A DNA stretch of 64,000 bases from Tubulanus polymorphus (taxonomy: Eukaryota > Animalia > Nemertea). The position numbers and the translations under genes are program-made. Shown piece by piece: positions 1-11,800 of this stretch. The stretch spans positions 11,741,950 to 11,805,949 of the forward strand of contig NC_134026.1 of assembly GCF_964204645.1 (NCBI RefSeq), in the 5' to 3' direction. Numbering within the stretch: the first letter of the stretch is position 1; each line of letters starts with the position of its first letter. The notes under the pieces are model-generated. The model searched no databases. It saw nothing but the letters and a program-made list of their open reading frames with translations, and was not told where the DNA came from.

Positions 1-657
1 ATCGTAAGCAATTGGCCAGGTTCTACGAATGATGCGCACATATTCAACAACTCTGCACTTGGCAGGTAGGCCATCGAAGTGATCCATGGTTGATGTCATC
101 TATGCCTGAAGGCTAATTCAATTTTATAGGGACATGCTAGTCTTATGAGAAATTAAATTTTAGACACCTTGAAATGAATCATCGTGGATTTGTTAGAGAT
201 GGTGTGCTTTTAGGAGACAGTGGTTATGGTTGTAAACCGTAACTAGTCACACCCTACCTTGCGCCTTCAACGAGAGGACAAGAAAGGTTGGTTTTGAGAT
301 CCAACATTTTAGAGTATATACGATTAAATGTATATTTATAATGGTTTGTTTTCCTATCTTGATGGTCAAGGTATAATGTTACGCACAAGAAGACTAGGTG
401 TCTCATTGAAAGGACATTTGGAGTTTGGAAGAGGCGATTCCATATTCTACATGGTGAAATTCGATTAGCGCCGAGGAAAGCCTGCACTGTTATTACAGCA
501 TGTGCAATTCTTCATAACATTGCTATAACGATGGGAGAACCCGACTTAGATGTGGGTTTTAATTTTTGATGACGAAGTTGGTGAAAATGATGTAATTGAT
601 GCCGCAAACGCACGACAGACGGTCAGAGAATTTATCGTCAGCAAATACTTCGACTGA
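1..657 (+). pseudogene. Harbinger (HARBI1-like) DDE transposase, 3' part, disrupted
   Basis: Exons 1-65, 164-286, 371-657 give WPGSTNDAHIF, LLGDSGYGC and [18 protein letters not shown]...ACAILHN. In-frame TAA at 240-242 and a frameshift near 565. Confidence 0.9.
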
Positions 658-793
658 GAGAAATGAAAAGCAGAATTTCTTGCAATAAATGACTAAAAAC
701 TATTTAAATATATTTAAACATATGAATTAAATCTTCAAACAATATTTCAAAACGTAAACGTTTATAAGTTAATTCAATTAATTAAATTCCTGT

Positions 794-2020
794 TTACTCT
801 TCCTGAATTACAATTTCCACCCCGGTTTCTTTCTGCAATTTAGCGATCTCTAGCTGCAACTTTATGTTTTCGAGGTTCAACTTCTGACACGCTAACTTGA
901 TTCTCTTGTTATCTTCGATTAGATTCAACCATTGCTGATGATTAATGTCAGCTGCAGTTTTACGTTTGGTGTTGTCGACTGCTGTAGTGCTGGTGTCTGT
1001 ATGAGTCGAACTTGGTACCGGTAAAACTGCTTTCAGCGGATGATTTTGGTGACCGTCAGTCTCTTCGATCTCATTCTGATCAAACCCTAAAAATTGTAAA
1101 TTACAGCACCGGTGTTAAAGTGCATAGAATGAATTAATAAATATATGTAATCAATGGGATTCGAACATCAAATTGCCGAGCAATAACGCCTACGATTAAG
1201 CGTTAAGCAAGCTCAAGCACACGCTCTCTGAAGAATTGGACTGGCCCAACGCTCAATCTGAACAAGTTTACCGCAGAATTTCGGAATGAATATATGGATA
1301 CTGAAGGATGATATACTATATGCTAGACATAAAACATTTTGTTCAAAGTGATAGTGCACAAATCGAGGTGAGTCATTTAAAAAATAACAAATTTTCGACG
1401 TGAACTAAAGACATGATTTGAAGAAGGCGATAGGTTGCATCTAAAAGCCACGGAACCTATCACACCCATCCGCGAAATAATAGAATGCTCAAATATTCCT
1501 GGAAGTTAGCAGACGTAAACAAACAAAACGCGAATCGAAAAATAAAAATTATAACAAAATAAATAAAGTTCCAAGGTCGGATATATGAATTGAAGCTATT
1601 GTCTTAACGTGTTGACCTACCTTTACTTTCGATTGGGTTGACAGCTGATATCCCATCCCAATTTCGCGCTCCATCAAAAAATTCGACTATCGCCGAAGTT
1701 GCCTCGTCCAACGATTTTGGAGGTGGCCCACCACCGGTTTTTGCGGCTACGTTTTTCATGGTCATCTTCTCTTGTTTCGCCTTTTTCTGATAGTTCTTCC
1801 AACAAATTTTTACTTCAGGGCCACTTCTCGTGGCGACTCCTAAACTAGAGACGGATCTTGCAATTTCGCTCCATTTCTTTTGTTTACTTATGTTCGTAAT
1901 TCCTTTCGCGTAGTCTAACTGACCATACAACACATCGTAATTGTTTTTGACTAGGTCTACTATCATGTTCTTCTCCTCTCGAGTGAAATTTTGCTTATGT
2001 TTGAGATCCGCGCTCTCCAT
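794..2020 (-). CDS. Harbinger Myb/SANT-like DNA-binding protein (MSANTD/NAIF1-like), 2 exons, ~230 aa
   Basis: Exons 2020-1621 and 1086-794 splice GT-AG in frame. NFTREEK...W..IA...RSGPEVKICWKN...KTGGGPPP motif, then a C-terminal coiled coil. Confidence 0.85.
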
Positions 2021-2229
2021 TTTTCGACAATGTATTACTATGAATGATGCATTATGGGTAGCTAATTCTGAATTAACTTCGAAGATAATTCGAATTAGTT
2101 AATTTTTCGCTAATTCGTGTTTGTGAAACAGATTTATTCATCGAATTAACTAATTCGAATTAAGCATTTTTGATTCGAATTATCACCTAATTCGAATCAA
2201 ATGTTAATCCCCGTTAGTGAAACCTGGCC

Positions 2230-2589
2230 CTGGGGGCGTTGAATAGTACAATAACTTAGTATTTCCATATTATATTGGTACCTAGGCATATTTTGTTACA
2301 TAACATATTCTATGATTGTTGTAAGTTTCAAGGTATTTGTTTTTGCATATGGTCACCAGGGGCGTTGAATAGTAGGATCACAGTGTTTCCATATATATAA
2401 TACCTATGCATATTATTTTGTTTCCATGATCAATTGCAAAGTTGTAGCTGTTGACATATTCTATCATTGTGGTGAGTTTCAAGGTCATTTTGTATATGGT
2501 CACCAGAGGGCCTTGAATACTGAAACTGTTAGAATGTTGAGCATTTGAAACCACTTTCCAAGTGGGCATGGTGTCCCTGGACCCCCAGT
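2230..2589 (+). mobile_element. 3' part of Helentron-like family A element, interrupted by the Harbinger
   Basis: 154-bp unit sequence plus family terminus CCAAGTGGGCATGGTGTCCCTGGACCCC. Confidence 0.85.
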
Positions 2590-2807
2590 TGCATTTAATG
2601 CCTGTACAAAGGTAGTTTGTTTTGATTGGCTTAGAAGTGCAAGCGAGAGTTCACTTTACGCTTCAAGCGCGAAAGTTCTAACCAATAGACTGTATTACAC
2701 ACGCACGCACACACACACACATACATGTACCTGGTTAGAGTTGCATGGGACTTGTACTCCATTTAAGAATTTTTAATAGTTCTATTGAAGTTATATTTTT
2801 GTTTCAG

Positions 2808-2893
2808 CTACAGACATTTTCTGTCGAAAGGAAATTTCAAGAAATTGATGAACTATCGGATGGGATTGTGATGTCTCAAGTCTTACACCAGAT
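2808..2893 (+). CDS. HOOK3: HOOK exon ([28 protein letters not shown])
   Basis: tttcag acceptor, gtaggc donor; Hook N-terminal CH-like domain. Confidence 0.9.
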
Positions 2894-5800
2894 GTAGGCT
2901 AAGTATCAGTTAGAAAATAAGCTCAATCCTGTTGAAGAAATGGTTGATCTGTGATTACAAGTTCATGTATCTTATACATTGTAGTTCTTCTGAGTTTTTT
3001 GATGCAGCATGGCTTTCCAAAATAAAAGCTGATGCCCGCATGAATTGGCGACTGAAAGTCAGTAATTTGAAGAAGATACTAAAGGGGATCCTTGACTATT
3101 ATGCTGAGGTAAAATGTTTTTTGATTATTTGAAGTCCATAGATATCAGTGGAAACAGCAATTGATTAGTCATAAGCTTTCAAGTGGGATGTAGTTTTGAA
3201 AATATCATTCATAAGCTTGAAAATCTTCCACCTAGATTATATATAGGTGGAATATCCAGAATTACCACTTTGAACCTGGGTTCAACCATTTTTAGCCCAC
3301 TTGGGACTTACGTCCCAGCAGGCTATTGTGTTAACTTTTCAATCGTTGTCCATCAGTTCTTCATTAGCTCATCTTCATATTTGCTATCTTCCCTAGACAC
3401 ATCCGCAGCCCAAAAACTGGCCCAGTCTGTTAGTCAGAATCATTATGACTGACTGGTGTCCGTTGTTGTTCGCCAAAGTCAGCACTTTATAGTCTGATTC
3501 ACAAAAGGGCATTTGGGCTTATTGCCCTGGGTCCCTAAGTCAGATGTGAATGCTGCACGTTTGTAAACTGCTTGTACGTGACTTATACCTACACATACCC
3601 TGTAAGTTCATATGTGGCGCTAAATATCACGTGAGAGGCATTTGAGGCATTTGCCTCATTCTAGTGATGTATGGTCACTAGGGGGCATTAAATAGCGGAT
3701 TAACTAAGTGCTTCCTTATTATATAATACTAGGCATTACCTGTTACCAGAAGCAATAAAAAAATAATATTTCGTGACATGTTTTATGATGTGAGTGTCAT
3801 GGTCGTTGGTTTGGAGTCAGTACATGTTCTTCAAGGGGCATTGAATTTTGAAATCGTCTGATTTTTGGTTTACCTTTGTCAGCGATATAAAGTTGGCATT
3901 GAGCCAATTCATGTAAAATCGCGGTACGTTTTTTATGTGAACATTTGTTTCATTGGTTCTCGGCTTAAACGACGTATAATCGATGCGATTGAAGACATGG
4001 CGAACCTCCGTCGATGACATGGTCAACTGAGTTCAAATTCTACGAAAAACTGTTTTTGGCGGGAAAATTCTTAACTCTCGCGTATAAAATTGCAATGACC
4101 TCGATTGGGAGGCGTTGTCTCTACGAGCGAATGTGATTGGCAGTTTTTGGGATTTACGGGGAATTCCGGCGCTACTAAAATAATTATGGGAAAGCCGTAG
4201 AATGGTGAACGTTTCATTGGACTAGGTGCCGTATATGTGCGAATTTCAAATGCTCATTGCAGGTGATAATGTAATTATTATCCGCCATAGGTATTGTTTC
4301 TTTTTAATACCCATTGATTGATTTGATTGACATTGAAGTGTAAGCGTACATACACTAACACAAGGCCTCTACGTGCGCGCGGAAATCATTAGATCAGACT
4401 GTTGCACACACAAACACACGCGCGTACAGTATACGCTACTATAGTGATACTGTAACGCTGCTTGCTGGCGCATTTGACATTTAATCAGCAGAAGATGAGC
4501 GCTGTGTTTTCTGTTTGATAGAATTTGTAATAAATTGTAATTTCTTGTGACCTGAAAATACTAAGCAGCAAACTATAGGTATAGGTCGAGGTCTGAATAT
4601 TGTAGTGGTAAATTCCAGGATTTAAAACGATCTAATACGCCGATTTCTTACTGCACCAGAATTTTTGCTTCCGCGGCCATACATTCAGCCACCCTCTGAT
4701 ATGTGACATCATATGATTTTTATTTGAATATTTTTTCATATTATGAAAAACATTTCTTTAAAATATAAAATAGTTTCCATGCCGCGCCTACCTGTACCCT
4801 ACGAAATTTTTGATGTGGACCGTAAACAAATGTATGTCTTTGGTCTTTTGACTACAAAATAATCCTTTAAGAAAGATATAATAGATTATTTAAACTTGTA
4901 GAACTTTGAAGTCACGAATTAAATAGATTTTTCAAGCAATGCCCTTACCCCAAACAACCTCTAGCTTTCAAGGTAAACCACACTTTGCCCATGGGCAATT
5001 TATTAAGCATTTCAAACCACTTCTCAGGTCGGCATGGTGTCCTTCGACCCCTAGTTATTTGAGCCACTCGTATCAACTTGCTTAATTCTACTTATGAGCA
5101 ATCATCTCTTGTGAGATGTTTGCTGCAAAGTATTATCACGTGGCACAAATCAAATCACCTTGAATAAATGGCCCAAATTTAAGGTATATAATATGGTAGA
5201 CCAAGGTGAAAATTAGCGTCAACCGCCATTTTACTAATCTTTGTGTTGGGAACTCGCGTTGGCACTTGATAAAATAAATGGACAATGTGAGCCAATCCTA
5301 TGCAGCAGTCAATGACAATCCTGTAACCCCCCCCCCCCTGTCAGACATCGACGCCTATTCGACATCATATCCGTGACGAAAGTAATCTTTAAAAATTCGT
5401 GTCAAAGAGTAGATTGATAAGACGTCTTTGCGTGTCGTTATGATTTCCGATGTCTGTCGTATTGAAATCTCTGAAACATCATTTAATAAATTCAAATTCA
5501 AATAATAAAGAATGTTCTGCGGTTCGAGACAGAGAAACGTTCTGCGGATGATAGCTACGATGTTTTCTTAACCCGTAAATATGGCGACGCGCACCTCGAA
5601 CTCGGCAATGCTACAGCAGCAGGATTCTTCGTCAAAGTAAGTTATTATGAGATGATAAAAACTCCCAAAAAATAAAAAGTGCTAATTGCAATAATCTTTA
5701 ACGCACAATATACATGTTTGATGAATCAGTATATAAGCATTTCGGCTGGAAAACAGCAGATGAAAGAGTTGCGCAATTCCATGAACTTCGTTGACGTTGT

Positions 5801-8800
5801 CAAGGTTGTGTGGAGTAGGAAGTAAATACGGAATTCCATCTAATTTTTGATGTTTTTTCTGAGTCCTCGGGCCACAAATCTAAATTGGGTTTGATTTTTA
5901 CTTAATTTTCTTTAGTTGAAGTAGGTCTAGGCCTATCAATGGGGCTATTTACAATCTCTGATGACTATTTTATCTATCGGAGTGTCGGCACATGACATGA
6001 AAAGCCTACTGCTGTTTCTCAGAACAATTTCTGCTCACTCCTTTCACCAGAAAAGAAACAGATTTCTCACCTCCATGACAGGAGATCTTACCATTTTGAT
6101 CAGTTCAGTCATATCCATCAATCAGTGAAAGTAGGAACTACATAAGTGATATTTCGTCGACATCTGGAATGTTTTATTGATTATCTGATTAAACATTAAT
6201 TTTTGATTTCAGTACCAGTAGGCCTATGTCTAAACCAAAAAGTCGTCCTTACAGTGTGCAATTGCCTGATAAGAGGCATGTGGGATTAGTTGGAAGCTCT
6301 TTTGAAGAACTTTTACAAAAAGGTAAGAACTCATTTTTCTGCAAAAAGCATACATTTGTCTAGATAAGCCTAGTTCAGAAGGTAGGGTTGTGTTTTTCTG
6401 TCTTATGTCAAAGATTATTGACATAATGCAGTGGAGGTTATATCCCCCATCAGGTTTTTCTTCTCGGTAGATTATATTTGAGCTCAATATATGGATATAT
6501 TAAGGATCCACTATGATCTCCATATCTTAAGTTATTGGTATTTTATTCTACTTTTCAGCTTGCGAGAGGGCTGGTATAAATAACGGGACTTTGAAGGCAG
6601 ATATTGGTGGAACGTTGATAGAGGTGGATGAAGAATTTTTTCAGCATTTACCTGCAATGAGCAATATGAAACTCATAGATGAGAGTCAGGCTTCTGATGT
6701 TGAGACTGGGTCTAACACTGTGGATGATAGTACCAGCAGTAATAGAACTTTGGATCTATGTGTCTGAGGCTAAAATTGCTATTCAACTCTGGCTCTGGAG
6801 TGCATCCTGGTGGAATTATATGCCAGAAACGCAGTGGAGCTATTTAACAACCAATAGGCTTATGTCTGTCGGGAACTATATATGAAACACTTAATATCTA
6901 TATTTTATCTAATTATTGCTTTCAAGATTAAGATTTTATATGCCTTTAAACAGGCTTCATCCTCCACTAGCACTGGGTCTGAATCGAGTACGACTAAACG
7001 TAAACGTATATCTGCTGATGTCCGAAAACAAAGAGATCTACAAATTGACGCTGAATTGAATGAACTGAAACTGTCGAACGAATTATTATTAAATGACCGA
7101 ATTGAACTTAATCTAATCAATCAGGCAGATTTCATACGAGAAGAAATAAAGAGTAACAGGGACGAAATTAATATGCTTCGTGAAGAGAAAAGGAACCTGG
7201 AAAAAAGAATTTGAAAGCTGTTAGGGATAAGAGACACCTAACGAAAAAGAAAACGGTATTAGAACGAGAAATGGTTCTAGGCGAAAGGGACGATGCCCAA
7301 GTACCAAGTTATTCGGGAAGTCGATCGTGGAAACCCCTCTTCTGTTGCAAGTGAAAAGTTGGTAAAGTCTCCCATTTCTGAACTAAATAAAAAGTACCTA
7401 AATGACCGAATGAGTGATGAACCAAAGTATACGCAGCATGGGTCACATGTTAAAGTTTTACGGTTTAATTCGATCTCTCTTGAAGAATATATTAAATGTC
7501 AAGAATATGCTTGTAGATTATTAGCCCATAAGTCAGAGTCTTGTACATGTATGAGAAATATAGGCATTGCAAAGTTCATTTTAGCAAATGAGCCTGTTAC
7601 ATTACGGGATATATACAATCATTGCTACCCTCGGTCAAAATATTATCAGAAAACGTATTATAATATGGTCCTTGAGATGCCAACGGTCGTACTCGAAATG
7701 GGATGGTTTGCTGGCTTTTTTTATTTTTTATGGAACGTGTGGATTCATCACCTGCCATCAGGTTGGAACCTCTGCTTTTGCTCCATATATGGCGACTGGT
7801 TCTAAGTGACTGAACTGCTGGCGAGTGGCGACGCATCTGTAGAATTTTGCCATTATTCCCTCCCCCTTCTATCTGACTGGGGACAGACATGCTTTTTGCT
7901 CTTGGCTTTTTAGCCCACTTCTGGTTCTAAGTGACTGAACTGCTGGCGAGTGGCGACGCATCTGTAGAATTTTGCCATTATTCCCTCCCCCTTCTATCTG
8001 ACTGGGGACAGACATGCTTTTTGCTCTTGGCTTTTTAGCCCACTTGGGACTTTAGTCCCAGCGGGCTATTGCGTTCACTTTTCGTCCGTCGTCCATCCGT
8101 CCGTAGACGGAATCCAGTTATTTTGGGAAGTTTTGAAGACGCTTTATGGTAATGTCTTGATATTTGGGTTACACATGTATCTACCCTAGACACATCTTCA
8201 GCCCAAAAACTGGCCCTGTCAGATTCAAGATGGCCGACTGGCAGCCATTGTTGTTCGCCAAAATCAGCGCTTTTCACACATTTTTGAACTTTATGAGGGA
8301 AATTTTAAAGACGCTTTGATCAATTACCTTGATCTTTCGGTTATATGTGAATCCCTCCAGGGCCCATCAGCATATCAAAAATTGGGTCGATCGGACTCAA
8401 GATGGCCGTCCTATGACCTTTTTAGTGCCCAAAAATGTTAATTTTGGCCCAAATTCTGAGTCCTGTAGCTTCCTACTGGTTTACCATTTCTCATTGCAAT
8501 TTGTGATGGGTATTCTTTGGAAAGGGATGTTTTATACCTGAGACAGGTATTTTTCATCAGCCAATTATGACGCAATTGGCGGCCATCTTGGTGTCACCAG
8601 TACTCATTCGTAAGTGGGAAAAAGTTTTTTCACATTATATTGATACCTAAGCGTATTTTGTTACCACAATCATTAAGAAAGTTGTAGCTCATAACGTGTT
8701 CTATGATTGTGGTGAGTTTCAAGGTCATTGGATTTTATATATGGCCACCAGGGGGCGTTGAATTATGCAATATCTTAGCATTTCTATATTATATTCGTAC

Positions 8801-11800
8801 CTATGCATATTTTGTAACCACAATCAATTGGAAAGTTGTAGCTCATGACATAATCTATGATTGTTGCGAGTTTTAAGGTCATTATATATTCTATATGGTC
8901 ACCAGGGGGCGTTGAATAGTAGAATAACTTAATATTTCCTTATTATATTGGTACCTAGGCATATCTTGTTACCATGATCAATTACAAAGTTGTAGTTCAT
9001 GACATGTTCTATGATTGTCGTAAGTTTCGAGGTAATTGGGTTTTGAATATGGTCACCAGTTAAATAGTAGAATAACTTAGTATTTCCATATTAAATTGGT
9101 AACGAGGCATATTTTGTTATCACAATCAATTACAAAATCGTAGCTGCTGACATGTTCTATGATTGTGGTGAGTTTCAAGTTCATTGGTTTTTGTATATGG
9201 TCACCAGGGGGCGTTCAATATTGATATTGTTAGATTGTTGAGTATTTGGAACCACTTCCCAAGTGGGCATGGTGTCCCTGGACCCCTAGTTAGAATTTGA
9301 AGCAGAAAGGATGAGGCTGGTTGTTAATAACATGGATCTCAATTGTTTTCATGCATAAAAAGTCAACATCTATTTTACAGAAAAAGCAAAGCAAAAGGCA
9401 TGGTGGGGTTAAATAATGGCAAAAGAAAGGCAGCACACTACACAAACTTTAACACCAAGGTGTTTTTAGAATTTGAAATTAAACTTATTGTGATAAGGCG
9501 TCGTTACCCGATATTGGATGGGTGATACTCCGTCGAATAATGTTTAAAATAGTGGTGTTCTGATGTCGATTCCAGACATCAAGGAAATAAAAATAGTGTT
9601 GATGTAGTGTCGATGTCCTGACTAGAGGGCGGCGGTACAGGATTGTCATTGCCCGCTGCACTAGTAGGAAGTAAATGATAGATTGGTTCCGTGTTGATAC
9701 TAACTTCTACTAATTAAAGCGCCTAAGGCATTGGAGCGAGTAAAATTTTCTTCTTATAAGAATTTTAAAAATTTGTTGCCTTAACATCTGCCTGTAGTTG
9801 AATAGGCCAACCGCCCTGTGAAAGATTTTACCTGTAGAGAACACTGAATAAACATTATCAATAGAAGTAGCATACTCGCAAATTGACCATTAGGCATTGT
9901 TTTATCTTATATTTTCATGCTGTTTGTAGGTATTAGGTCAACAAATCAATGACTTTCATATGCCAGACATCAATGCTATTGGTACGTACATGGGTTACAA
10001 CATCTGTCAACATTTCAGAGCTACCAAATGATGTGGACATTCATCTTAACCTCTTCCCTACCACTAGTGATGTATATTTACGTCGCAAATAATGACCTTC
10101 TCTCACATGCATGACGTATTATTTACATCACAAATATATTCATTTACTTCAAATGCTGGTGTGGTGAGTCATTACGCTGCTGGTGTGTAGCGATACTAAA
10201 CGACCTTGCGCTTCAATTTAGTTTCACTATTTACTCATAGATGGCGAATTAGTGCCTCAAATGCCGAACTAAATCGAATTGAATTTTCGCTTGAGTGACA
10301 ACATGCACCATTTTGAGCGGAAAACAAAAGGGCATGCCTTTTTCTATCTGTATTTTTTAACTGTATCTTTTATAAAACGTCATCCTGGTCCAGATTCGGT
10401 GTGGCTCATGCATTATCAATTATTGGGCTATGTTTCAGAACAATTTCCCTTGGTTCAGATTGGTGAGTTGAGGTTAACCAATGTCAGCCATCTTGGATTC
10501 GAAATTGCTATGGTATTTTTGGAATCGGTGCCTGGAAAAATAGTTATCCTCCAAATAGAGCCAATTTTCATACTGAAATAGACCACTACACTTCTTTTTG
10601 TTGATATGATGACCAAAGAAATTTAATTGAACAAAATATTTCTTAGAAATATGGTACTGAAATAATTAAGAACTCAACATTGAAGCTTATTGTACTGTAT
10701 GGCTAATGTTTGATCTGAGTGACTCCTGGGCACCTCAGACTGCACAGATAATGATGAAAACTGTTGTTTGTATTCTCCAATCAGTCTATGATAAGATTAA
10801 GAAACAATTTCTGCATAATTTATTTGAAATTAAATCCTAAATGCTAATCCTATATGTATCTAGGCCACTAGGCACCCCTTGACCTACTAAATCAAAAGAA
10901 TATTGCCAAAATGATAACTAATGTTGTGAATTTTGGCATTTCTTTTTTAATTAGGTTAAATATACTTCATCAAAACTCACATCGTAATGATAATTTTTGA
11001 GTATATTATTTATCGTCAAGAACAAAAAGCAATACATATGTTATTTTTCAACAAACTTTCATGTTAGTTTTCTAACTAGTTTAGCTCCTGTTTTAGTAGG
11101 AGTTGATTTGTTTGCAAAATTTGAGGGCCCTGGGCTGGGCGGACTCACTGTAGCCAACCAATCTTCCTTTATTGATGTAAAATATTAGCAGGCACCCAAA
11201 CATGAAAACAGTATGCACACATGCAATTTTGTATTTTTTAATCCAAAAAATACCAATTCAATAGAATAATGCTTACCCAATTGGCTGTGTGAAGAAAAAA
11301 CCCCAGAAATAAGCTAATACCTTTTCAAATCATCAGCAGAGCAAGTTTCAAGAAAAATGTACAGTTTCACAGTTTTCTTTTCTATTGTTAGGTGAAGAAG
11401 GAAGTAGGCCTGAACTGGGCAGGTTATTGCAGCTTATTTTAGGCTGTGCAGTAAACTGTAATCACAAACAAGAATATATTGAAAAGATAATGGCTATGGA
11501 AGAAACTGTCCAGCAGAGTGTTATGCATGCCATACAAGAGGTAAACCAGTTGCATTAGTTTCATTTCTTGCACCCTTGTCTCAAATTTGTTTTTTATCAA
11601 TGATTGTTATTTCTTCTGGTCATTTTTAAAGTTGATGACAAAAGAAGCACCCGCAAACATTTCAGAAAATTTCTCAGAACTCGGAGAACAGGTACTGTAA
11701 AACCTGTTGGAAATAAACTGACATGTAGAGTAAATGTACAAAAAATGTAGCTAGCTGCAAAGCCATAACTGATAACGAAACTTCTCCTACTCATTGCGGT

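Larger units (their letters stand above)
1..2229. mobile_element. PIF/Harbinger DNA transposon (left end outside window), transposase + convergent Myb/SANT gene
   Basis: Convergent DDE transposase and SANT/Myb ORFs. Right terminus ...TTAGTGAAACCTGGCC followed by CTG (probable CWG TSD). Clustered TAATTCGAATTA-type palindromes at 2062-2200. Confidence 0.9.
5301..9660. mobile_element. TIR DNA element of uncertain superfamily, carrying CIDE-N-like and coiled-coil coding remnants
   Basis: ~55-bp imperfect TIRs (TGCAGCAGTCAATGACAATCCTGTA... / ...TACAGGATTGTCATTGCCCGCTGCA). CTA flanks both ends. Confidence 0.7.

Noticed and set aside
1150-1235. tRNA/SINE-like B-box (GTTCGAATCCC on minus strand)
   Set aside because: No cloverleaf or convincing A-box; too degenerate to call.
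8329-8541. Recurrent short ORFs (also 20121, 23875, 31589) with similar peptides
   Set aside because: Chance translations of the non-coding family A repeat; frames and stops are not conserved between copies.
10047-10330. piggyBac-like start TTAA|CCTCTTCC
   Set aside because: No matching right terminus found.
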